The notes under the pieces were generated by a model. It was not told the DNA's origin, searched no databases, and saw only the letters and a program-made list of their open reading frames with translations. The position numbers were made by a program, and so were the translations under genes. From NCBI GenBank assembly GCA_009602735.1, contig WELA01001161.1:326776-376675 (forward strand): a DNA stretch of 49,900 nucleotides. The letters are read 5' to 3'. This DNA is from Mesotaenium endlicherianum. Lineage: Eukaryota. Below, in pieces: positions 13,901-25,100 of the stretch (position 1 is the first letter of the stretch; the number at the start of each line of letters is the position of its first letter).

Positions 13901-16278
13901 CGAAGAAGAGAGCAACATCTCCGCTCTTTCCCACGTTGCAGCCGGAGTGGAGCGACAGAACACCCCTCTTGGGCATCAAGTAGTGCATCACGCTAAACAG
14001 GCCCTTTTTCATCTCCCCAGCATACTGAGTACCGAGAATGACCATCTCTTTCCTCTGCAAGTTGAGATCAATGCTGGTGGAGGACGTCATGTAATGAGTG
14101 AATCTGTTGCAGGGGAACATGCCCGCATTGTAGATGGTGAAGTCGGGCTTGCCAAAATCTTCCAACTCCTCTGCTGTCGGCCTTATGCACCTGTTGATAC
14201 ATAATGAGACTTCCCAGTGAGGATAGGTCCTATTCGTATGGATGAGGCCTACTACAAAGTGTCAAGGTCTATGAGTTGGTAAACTCGATCACAGCACCAC
14301 TCGCAGCACCAGTCCTGAGGTGAGAGCTCCAGAGCTAACCCCTGGCCTCCAGAGCAGCATAGTTCCTCGGACAAAAAAGAAGCCACGTCAAAAAATTATC
14401 CTCGTAATATACGCAAGTATCAAGCAAATACAAGTACAACTTCAAGAAAAAAGCTGCAGCCCCTGCTTAACACAAACAACTCTTTCTAAGATATAACAGC
14501 CTTTCTGATAACTGCCCAGCTGACTTGCACATAAAACATATTGGTATAATAAAGCACCCCAGACGACGAGCTGCCGACTTACATGTTGTTCATAAAGAGA
14601 GAGTGGTAGGCCCTTGCTGATATGATACGAACTTTAAGGCGGTGCTCCGGATCCCAGTTTAGATACTGATCGTTCACATAAATCTTCTCCAAGGAGTTCA
14701 AATAATCGACAGCCCTCTCACGGTTGACCAGGAAAGTCTCTTGGTCCATCTCTATGTTTGGTGAGCCCCTGGCAAGAAAAGCAGGGACAGCATGTAAGCA
14801 CAAACAATTTATGACATTCATGGCGTCATAAGGGAGAGACCATTTGTACCCCATTCTCAACTTCGCAGCTACGCCCGGCTATAAATTGTTACTCAAAGAT
14901 TTCCTTCAAAACCAAGAGCAGCCACCAAGCAGACACCCTCCATAGTTTCAGCTGACTTACTTGCCCCACCACAAGTCATCCTTGGAGGAGTCTTCTTTCA
15001 CAACGCGCTTGTCTTTTGGCGAACGGCCTGTCTTAGCACCCGACAGGGTGGCCAAAGCCCCTGTCGACGTAATGTAGGAGCTTTTCTCGTACTTGATAGC
15101 CTGCTCATAAAGCTCTGCAAGAAAAGTAGAAACAATGGATGCCTTTAAACATCCGGAATATTGATGCATTTCTGGAAACATCAGAACTCTATGCACACTA
15201 AAAGCCGTGGCGTTTTAAACAAAGCAAAAAGCTGAACAGATGCTGGAATGCACCCCGTTTGTTGGCAATGGTGAGCGAGAACATAATGCAAGAAACTTCA
15301 CAAAAGACACAGCTGAGCTACTAATTATAACGAAGTCAACAATGTAGAACTTAAAAAACAAAATTTTCTCACGACTCTTGAGAACACGACTCCAGCATTG
15401 ATGTCCTCACATGTTTGTAAGTTGTCCAATGTGACAGCTAATATAGTCCAACTGCATGTACATTCATTTGAAGCCTGATGCAGTTAAGTCAGCTCAACTG
15501 CAAATTTACTTCTTTGAAATCACCAACCCAGATAAGCAGACCCCAAGCTATCTAGTACAAGTATTTGCATGCGAGAAACGAAAACCCTCGTCCACCACGG
15601 CAGCAACGTCTAAAGCACAGTGTATAGAGTCTTACCAGCCGGAGAGAGGTTATACAGCACATGCGTAACCTTGAGAGCACTGTCACTCACGACGGGCTTG
15701 CTGGGAGCTACGTGCTTCTCAACAGGCTTCAGGTCCACGATTTTTTTAGGTGCTGCCTTCTGCTTCGAAGGGTCGCCCCTCACAACTTGTGGCCCCTTCT
15801 CGCGTACCAAGGATGCCAGAGAATCACTGCAAGAGCACAAACCTTATTAACATACCACCCATAGCACGTATGTCTTAACACAGTTGTGCCTTCTGAACGG
15901 TACTATAAAGCGCACCCTTCTAGTGAAAGAAAATCTTGATCAACACCAGTAATGATCAGAAGTGTTGTCTTTCATACTCTTTCCAAAGCCGCGTTGTCCA
16001 CAGGGTATATAAGTATACCTGATAGAGTCCATCTGTATTCTTGATCTCTCCTCGTCTGTCATCTTTGCAGACTTGGGTGTGCTGGGTTGCGATTTTTTCT
16101 TCTGAAGAGAATGTAGTTCGTCCATGGTAGAAACTTTAACAGTTGATGTAGTATCATCGTTGCAAGGGTCATCTCTGGATGCCTTGGGGGGATGAACGTC
16201 GATTTTTGGAAGGCCATTGGGGAATGGAGTGGGCACTCCATGTGCACCGTTGCCGTTCACTGAAGGTGATTGACTCAT
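10937..16278 (-). CDS. PCK1: Phosphoenolpyruvate carboxykinase (ATP), plant type with N-terminal extension, about 664 aa
   Basis: 11 exons: 16019-16278, 15636-15826, 14961-15114, 14583-14768, 13892-14190, 13429-13602, 12965-13030, 12454-12632, 12017-12186, 11518-11686, 10937-11083 (1995 nt, in frame, all GT-AG). Motifs: [17 protein letters not shown]-loop [33 protein letters not shown]. Confidence 0.97.
11166..11283. repeat. Two diverged 59-bp tandem copies in the last PEPCK intron
   Basis: 11166-11224 and 11225-11283 share the core GAACAACCATGCAAGCACTG and similar flanks. Confidence 0.85.
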
Positions 16279-16850
16279 TGTACCTGCCGGTTAAGCAAAA
16301 AGGAAGGGGGCATGAAGAAGAAAGTAAATAATCATCCCCGTGCAACGTAGAAGTCCCGCCCCTGCAACCGTCAGTGCTCCGCATTCTGATTCACATATAA
16401 AGCTATGGTTGACCACAATGGTCTAAGTAAATGAAGAGCTCACCTTACAGGTTGATCAGTAACAGGTCACAACTTTGCAGGAAAAAAAGACAGCACGCCC
16501 GCACAACAAATGGATTTTACACTTGCTATACTAGAACCTTTTTGTGAGCGAGTTTAAGAGAGAGCATCTAATTTAACAATGTTGCGAGAGCATTGTGAGA
16601 CTTCTCAGCACTTAAAGTACTAGTTACGTCAACGCCGCGGTCAATCTCAACCCCCTTCCAGCTCCGCAACTACTGGAATTGCCTCGCAAATCTCTGCTCA
16701 GGTAGGGCCTAGACAACTTCTCGCTACACCAAGCTTATGTGGCCATCGACGTGGCTGATGACTGGACGGATTATCCTCCTCGTGCACCGGAAGAGGACCT
16801 ACTTTTAGGGAACGGGGGGGGGGAGCCTCCAGGTATTCTTATAGACCAAC

Positions 16851-16856
16851 TTTATA
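16851..16856 (-). promoter_or_regulatory. Candidate TATA box for PEPCK
   Basis: TATAAA on the minus strand about 570 bp upstream of the ATG. A likely 5'UTR intron lies between them (acceptor just before the ATG, GTGAG donor near 16443). Position-based inference only. Confidence 0.3.
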
Positions 16857-17507
16857 AGTCGAATATATCATCAGTCATCCCCTATGGTTATGCGGATTTA
16901 TATGTCTCTCGACTTAGGCTGAGGGGGTGTGCATATAGGAACAGAAGTGGCAAGCCCCACGAAAATTTAGAGGGGGGGTCCTGATGTCCAAAAAGGCGTT
17001 CGATGCTTATTGTACTTGAACATTTCCTAGGTGGCATGACCTCATTCTTTCCAAGCGGCACACTGCTGCCTCACACTCCACAAAAGTGGGCCTCTTCCTG
17101 CCTCTCCTTCGCTCTACGACTTTACCGACACGTAAAGCTCTCAAAGAGTTTAATAGACCCCCAGGCAATTTTGGACAACTTTGAGTCATTCAATGTCATC
17201 TTGTGTCATCTGAATCGATCTGAGAGAGGCTCTTTCGGAAATAATGATCACAGTGATTATAATGAAATCACGGGCTTCGGACTTTGGTCTCGTGCGGCGC
17301 GGCATGGAGCGAAGTCATGCATGTCAACACAATTCTGCTCAATGCACCTCTTGTCATGCTGAGTTGGAATGAGTGATGGTGTATCTGGAAAGTTTACATC
17401 TTTGCCAGCTAAGCATAGTAACCGCTATGCTTCAGTCAGCTCGAGTCAGCTATGATGTCATCGCGTTCAACAGTTGAATGTCGGGGCGGGAGGTCCAAGC
17501 AAGCCAT

Positions 17508-17544
17508 GGCCCACACCGGCCCACCCAGGCCCACACCAGCCCAC
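17508..17544. promoter_or_regulatory. Array of four site II-like elements (RGCCCA = reverse complement of TGGGCY) at 10-bp spacing
   Basis: GGCCCAC at 17508, 17518 and 17528, and AGCCCAC at 17538. Confidence 0.6.
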
Positions 17545-19181
17545 ACCGTCAGGTCAGGCTGAGACCTGGCTGAGACCGTGCAAGCGAACGTCTGAGGGTA
17601 CGCCATAGGAACAGGGAACAATCTGAGATGCGGGTTCACTGCTAAGGCAGTAACCATTTGCTCGTCCAAGTCGCCAGGCACTTTTTTCCTGGTGCTATTT
17701 CGACATGATTGTTGTTCAGAAACCAGTAAACTGGTCGAGCGGCAAATTGCTGCGGCGTATCGAACGACTGATGTTTGTTACAAACAACAACTTTATTCGT
17801 GACGATAACTATTGAAGGACGTCATGGGTGGAACAACGTCGCAAGTTGTTCATGACCTACGACATGCTTAAGAAGATTGATGTTATGATGTGGAATTTGG
17901 ATGACAATTGCTACAACCACATTCTTAATGTGATGGTACATTAGAGCAGATGACGTCGTCTTTCGCATTTTATGGAGTCGTTAATGTTAACCAATAACTG
18001 CACTTGTCTACTAGACTATCAACCGCACCGTAATTTCTATTGAGGGTGTCATGGAGTTGATATTGCAAGTTTGCTGTACTTTGAATGTGATCAATTGTGT
18101 GGAAGTAAGCTCACCAGCAGCCTAGGTGCAACAGATGGCACAGGATAATCTGCCAGGAAGATGATTAACGCGTACCAAAGGGAACTTACGGAAAGGCTAA
18201 GCTTCTGAAGCTATGGTTGTGGTTAATTGGCAGCTGAGGGTATCAAAAGCCTCCACGTTAGGTTCATTGAAGTACCGGCGGGAGCGCATATAGGCTGCTT
18301 CATATACCCTTAGGGCACAGATATTGTGAAGACGTGTACACCTGAAGCATCGCAGGAGGTAAGCTCTTGGGTATGCTTCTCCACACCTTCCGTGGCCTTT
18401 GAACTTCGTAAATGTTGATGCCAGCAAGGAGCAGTAAGGTCCAGCAGTCACTGAAAATGCACGCAGCAAGTATGAAAGGTGGCAGGACTTTTGCTCTGGA
18501 GTTGCGCAGGCTTGGGTTCTTCATGCAGACGCCCGTAGGCGTGCAACTAGTGAGATCAGAGGTTCTGCTTGCAGCTCTCGAGCAAGTGCAACACTTTTTG
18601 GGCCTTGAACATTGTGCCCATGCAGGGGTACTTGAAAGCCAACTTAATCTAGCGGATTCAGAGATAGATATGAATGTGATTTTGCAAATTTGATTGATCA
18701 AGTCCCGTGATGAGCTACATACAGAAGCTAACATTCGACGTCAAAATGGATGAAAGACTCATAGCCCTGTGTACTACTTCTAGGAAGGGATAGGCAGATC
18801 GCTGTCCACGCTGGATTAGATTGGGCTTCAATTTTAGGTGTCAGGGTCAAACCTGGAAGCCGAAACCTTGATCGAATCGCCAGAAAAGTTCATCTGTGGG
18901 CTTCTCCTTTAATCAAGAAGCTTCTCAAACACAACTATGGTTCACGTGTTTCGACCATGGATGACATATGATATGCAGCAAAGATTACAATCATTTCCAA
19001 TTGCACAGTGATGTGTAAGTTTAGGAACAGACAACAGTAATGCCCATCACATCGCTGGTAACAGAATACATTCTGACATGTCTGTTATGCATCTTGGCCA
19101 ATTACTGACATGGCCAATTGCAGTCGCCAGTTTTTGTTACTATGGTGTACTACAACTTAACTGCAAAAACAAGCTATGATG

Positions 19182-22100
19182 CTAATTGGATGACAGTGTT
19201 GGCAGCTTCAGCACTTTGGTGCGGTAGAGACCGAGAGCCCACACTGGGAAGATCCACCGGTAAGCCGAATATGATATCATACAGTTACGGTTAAAAACTC
19301 CAATGATTTCCTGCACATCCATGGCAAATAGAGTAGTGGTACGAGATAGGGCCTTAATCAAGCAGAAATTTCTGATGAAGCCATTTCAGTACAAGTGACG
19401 CCACCTTGTCCACGCTGTAAATCGTATGCTTCAAGAAATAATTTTGGCTTCACATATTAATCTGAAATACGGCCTCCCATGGGCTCAAGCATCATCATGC
19501 GCTGCAGATGAGGTCCGCTAACATACAGTCCACAGCTCATAACCATATGCTCAAAAACTTCACCGAAAAGTTAGTAGGCCAGCCAAATGCAAATGCGAAT
19601 CCTGTTCAGACTCTGTACGAGGGGACTGTGCATGCAAGAGGGGGCGGAAGATTACCTGCTGAGGAAACTCTCCGTTGCCAAGCTGCGCATTGACGAGGAC
19701 GCGAGCTGCCCTGTGCAGCGGCTGAGGGTCTCTCTCAGCCTGCACGCCCGTGTGTTGCCGGAGATCCCAACCAGGAAAAGCAGCATAGTCTCCAGAGGAG
19801 GGTCAGAGAGGGCCGACCTGGTGTTATGTGCAGATATTGTAGAGCCTGAGCATGGCAGCGTGGCACCGCTGCATGCCTTCCATCTGAAGGCACACTGTTC
19901 CAATGAACAGTTGTGGTTTGTGGACTGACTATACGTCAACTAGCAAGACTCAGCTGGCAGCTAGTGCTGTGCTGTACGAAGAGGAGCGTGTTGTGAGGAG
20001 GAAGAAGACCTGCCCTCTCCTTTCCACACGTGGCTTCTATATGGACAGCCAGAGCTGTCCGCTTTTCCAGCAGATTGCTTGGAATTCCAGGACAAATACT
20101 CTAGGGCGAATGCTATAGGACAAAGGCTTGTGCTACCTTACTAGGAATGAGATGTGGGCAAGGAGGGGACCTGGCCAGAGGAGATGAGGGACATGAGGGC
20201 CCACGCCGTGTTGGCCACGTGTGCTCTGCCCCCCTCCAAATTGCTGTACACCTGTCCACACGAGGCCAGCACTCACTTTCACTACAGTGGTCCACATAAA
20301 AAATTATGCGCAGAAGCACACTCCTTAATGCATTCCATACACAAAAGAAAGTTTCGGGGGTGGCAGGGGTGAGAGAAGTGAGAGGGAGGGGGAGAGAAAG
20401 ACAGGTGGCAGGAGAGAAGAGGAGTGGGGCGGTGGGGGGGAAGATATGGGAGGAGGAGATGGAGAATATGAGAGATAGGGTAGGGTGGCCACCAGAGACA
20501 GGGAAGCTCTTTTACAGCAAAGCCTTCCCCAACTGCCCAGATTTGGGTACGCCTGCCTAGCTTTCGCAAGTCAAACGCAGGCACAGGGGACAAGGTGAAG
20601 TCTGCGGTGTAATTCGCAAGCTGCTTATGACATGCAGCATGGGCGCAGCGCATGCAGGCGTGAGGTAGAGCCATATGAGAGGCAGACACGGCCCCTCACC
20701 TTGTCTTGGCAGGACAGGTAGCTCTCCCCCCACCCGCCACCTGGCAGCTGCTTGGAGAGGAAGAAGGCGACGGCATTCCTGAGGCTCTGGGAGGTCTCAT
20801 ACTTGTCGCCTGCAGCCAGAAGGGCCTCGACACCAAACCACGTGCCGTAGGTGTAGCACACACCCCAGCTCCCATACCTGTGTGCCAGCAGGAGGAGAAA
20901 GGTCAAAGGGGGAAGGGAAGGGGAGGGAAGAGGGAGGGGAGAGGGGAGAGGAAAGAGGGAGGGGGAGAGAGGGATGTGCAGAGGGGACAAGATCATGAAC
21001 TCATGCTTTTAGTCCTAACCTTTCCTGGAGTCGGGGAGAAGAGCGTCCTCTCCTTGAACCATATTGTCATCAAAACATGAGCAGGCAATAATTATGTAGG
21101 CTGCTCTCTCTATGGGCTGCTCCCTCTCAACAGGCTTCTCAAGGACTAAGGATGGAAGCTGCAGGAGGAAACAAGAGGAATGTGGCCACACGCCTGTGCA
21201 CACACACAGGCACACGCCGGACGCATGCACAAACCTCCTGCTCATTTGCAAAGTGCCTCAACTGGCTCTACTTCCCACTTGATCATGCTCTTACTGCAGC
21301 AAAGGGAACGCAACTGGCCTGCTCAGGGTGCCCAGGAGAGGGTGCCCCCACAGCTTGCAGCTGTACTGTCTCCCTATCCCCGTCCCAGAATGGCTTCTGC
21401 AATTTTGCGTCAGGTCGGACCTAACACGGGAGCAGGGCGCGCCAGGGATCGTAATTTTCAATACAAGCCTGTATTGCGCTCCAGACAGTGGGGCGAGCAG
21501 TATGGCACACGAGCCAGCACATGGTCGTACTGCTGTATAGAGGCTTCCTAGCAGGAGTTCAGCAATACTAGCAAAGAAGGGGCAAAGGAGGGAGAGGGGT
21601 GGGGGGGGAGGGGTTCGTGAGGGGGCATAGGATTTGGAGTTGCACCAGGAGCCATCCTTCTCCTGGATGCTGACAATGAAGTCCCGGGCCCGCTGCATGC
21701 ATCGTCGGATATCAGCTGCTCTGTGCGTCGGACGTGCCCTAGAAAAGGCTGCCAGCGCTGTCATGCACGCCGATGTGAGCTCCACATATCTGTGGAGACC
21801 AGACAAATCACCCCCGCATTCCCCCACCAACCCCCATCCCGGGCAAAAAACAGGGCTTCAGCAACTGGATAGCCATTTGCAGCGCCCAGCCTGATGTCCA
21901 TTGCCCGCTCGTCCACCCTCACCCAAGCACGGTGATCCGGGGTCTGCTTCAAGGTGCAAGTCAAAGAAGTGTTTAGTTTTTTAACCTTTTTTTTTCAAAA
22001 AAAGCGTAGGGGTTCATGCCAAGCTCGCTCCTGTTCCGCAAACAAGCAGCATCAGGCCCGTCGTTACAATGCTGCCATTTTTTTCTGTGGTGGCTCAAAG

Positions 22101-25100
22101 GAATCAGGGCAAGCGCGCAAGGGACAAACAGCACAGGGGCAGCAACAGCTGCACCAATTGACAGCCCAGCACTTCTCAGTACTAGGCGATGCACGTGCAC
22201 ACGGGTGCGGCACCAGGTCCAATGAAGCGCTCAGAAGGGGCACAATGTACAGGCTGAGTGGCAAGAGGTACAGTGGCACACTTAGAAGCACAGAACTGCT
22301 GTCAACCCCTGAGGAGGGGCGCAAGGTACAGTCAACCTCTGAGGAGGGGCATAAGGTGCAGTCAACTACTGAGGAGGGGCACAGGGTACAGCGACACACA
22401 CTCAGAAGGGCCACAAGGTAACTTGAGTTACTAATGAGAGGGGCACATCACTCAAGGGTTACACAGAGCGCTAGCACCGTGCGCAAGACGCGCTCGCCCT
22501 GCTGTGTCACAGGCCAGTATTTAAGACCCCTTGCATGCGCAACTCAGCTTCAAGAAGCGGAGATGCTAGGTAGGGGTGCTTTCGGGGGCCGGGATAGAGA
22601 GTCATGCTTACGAGTAGTCGATGACGATGTCCCCAAACGTCTCAGCCGGGTTGATCATCTGGCCAGAAGCGTAGCCCCCCCCCCCCCNNNNNNNNNNNNN
22701 NNNNNNNNNNNNNNNNNNNNNNNNAAAAAAAAAAAAACACATATGCACAAACGCAACACACCCACCAAGACGAGAAATATGAAAGCCGATGCTTGGGAAC
22801 GAAGACTCGTGATGGAAGCTGACCTCCATCCTTATGGCTGGAGGGAGACGCGGCGTCTTACGAGAGCATGCCACATGCGTAGAAACAGCAGGCTCTACTG
22901 ACTGGAACCTGGCTGGACGACTCTCCTCTTTCTTGCCAAGCCTAAGCAGTCAGAGGCTGCGCACAGATTGCTCCCGCTCCCTCAATAACCTCCCATCCCA
23001 CCCCCCTGCACCCTTTTCTCCTCCTCTCCCCTCTTCTAGCATCACAAGTTAAACCAAGCAAGAACGAATTCTCCCCAGTTCCCACGCAATGCCACGCCTG
23101 TGTATCTCAGTTGTGACGCAATCTCCACCTACTACTGCTCATATAGTGTGTACTCAAAAAACGTGATCCGAACCCCTCGTCAGTAAGGGTGCCCTCCAGT
23201 GAATTCCTCGAGCAGATCCTGACTTCCGCATACGTCAAGCACTGCGGGGCATACTTGCAGAGGTCCAGGTGTAAGCGGCATACAGAGCGGCCGTGCCCAT
23301 AGCTAGGCCTCAGGCAGTCCCGGAAGGTAAACCATGTGGAGCAAGCCCGGCCGCGTGGCGGGAGAAGGCGCAAATGATGGTGCGCAGCAGCGCGGAGATG
23401 CAAGCGACATCAGGTCAGCCGCTGCTCTTTGAGCAGAACAAGAAGGGCGTGCGCAATTCGCGTCCAGCGAGACAATGTGGTGATGCCTGCTTGACAGAAA
23501 CCCTAACCCTTGGAGCTTGCCCCAGTGTCCGGGGAGCACATGCTGCTGGTAAGGGATCCCGGCCAGGGGTGGCGGGCTAGAGGGAAGACAGATGATGGAG
23601 AAGAAGGGGTTTACCTCAAGCCAGGGGTAGGAGCGTGTGTTTTCGTAGGTGGCCATGCCTCCGTCCTCGTTCTGGTCAACCCCCAGTCAACGGCTCCGGA
23701 CCGTCAGTTAACAGGCAGCAGCTAGCAGCGGCCCACAAGTGCTCTACATTTGAGTGTATATCTTCTGATGCACGGCAAGACCGGTGTCGACGGCAGGCAG
23801 CGTGCACCCGCCGAGCAGAGGTGCGGATAACGGGTATCATAAGCAAACTGCATGGTGCGCATAATCACACTCCAAGGTTGGACCAATTTGTGATGTCTAT
23901 TGTCTAGGATGAGCAGGCAGGCGTGAGCTAGAGCTGCCGCTCAGAAGCGGCCCGCCGTGAAAGTAGCACAAACACCATCATGAGACACTGCACTGGAGGC
24001 ACTCGTAACCAAGTTGCATTTGTTCACAGGTTGGGCAGCCATTACAGGTTACAGCCGCCAGAGGAGCCGGAAGTGCACAGGGGCTGCAAGTGAGTACTCT
24101 GGCTGTCGGCTGGCTCAGAGCACTGCTGGTGCTTCCTTTCGGCCAGCGCCAAGTAGATCTTCCCTCAAATGACCTCAAATATGTATGTTATATGCATATC
24201 ACATGTATCATATATGTGTATTGGTAATGTGCATGTATACTACATGCATAGACAAACAGTGACGACACACAAAACCAAAAAAACGGGTTGCAGGATTGAC
24301 GAGCTCCTTCTCAAGCTCAGGAGCTCCCAAGGAGGAGCCAGCGGCCGCTGCCCCTACCAGCCTGGAGGTGTCATCTCCAGCAGAGGGAGCAAGCTGGAGC
24401 GGGAGCCTATCTGCAGAGAGCAGAAACAGGTGGCAGCACCTGATAGGACAGGATGACGTTGACGCAGTCGAAGAGGCGCTCATCCTCGATGGGCTCGCCG
24501 ACGAGCTCGGGCGGCATGTTGGCCAGTGCCAGCGCTGCCTGTCATCCAACGCACGTCAAGAGAGCGAGAAAGGGCGGCAATGACCACAGCTGAGCGCCAC
24601 GCAAGCAATGCTTGTGACTGGGGATGGGCGCGTGAGACAGGCTCTAGCTGACGGGCTTTTGCGAGAAGAGACACGACAGCCTCACTTGAGGTTCTGTGCG
24701 AGAAAATATAAAGCAATTCTCACAGCATGCCAGCACACCCCTGAGTTATTTCCTCTTGATACCAGAGGGGTTGTCGGCAGCAGTAGTGTAAGAGCAGCCA
24801 GAAGTAGGATGCATGTGAGGAGCAGGGCCGGAGAAAAGACGCGAGTATCTACTTCCTTTCCCCGGGCAGAGAGAAAAATCACAAGCAAGAGCCTGCAATT
24901 TTTTCTGCAGGAGTCCAGCATAGAAGGCTCGAAGATTTACACTTCCTTAAACCCTCTCAACCCAAAAGCTCAAGTCCAGACCCGTCTCTCAAGTCTCTCC
25001 TGACACTCAGATTCATCTGCAAGGCAGCCTTAGCAGTAGACCAGAACAGAGAAAGCCAACCATCATCACTAAGATAATTTTAGCAGCAACATGCTTGAAC

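Noticed and set aside
17436..17681. ORF containing VWAGVGLGGPVWAM, superficially like a WD40/TFIIIC segment
   Set aside because: The peptide is just the translation of the 10-bp GGCCCAC array; it has a GTG start and no further similarity.
17003..17775. Selenoprotein hypothesis: ORF ending Cys-TGA with a SECIS-like ATGA-N11-AAA downstream
   Set aside because: The ORF resembles no selenoprotein family. The canonical SECIS pairing lacks the 3' GA, and the alternative pairing leaves an oversized apical region.
18706..18800. Box C-like GTGATGA suggesting a C/D snoRNA
   Set aside because: No box D (CTGA) or terminal stem at a suitable distance.
22301..22390. CRISPR-like regularly spaced repeats
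   Set aside because: Contiguous tandem units with no unique spacers, in a eukaryotic intron with no cas genes.
23498..23510. AAACCCTAACCCT telomere/telo-box-like motif
   Set aside because: Under two units, mid-intron, with no promoter context; compatible with chance.
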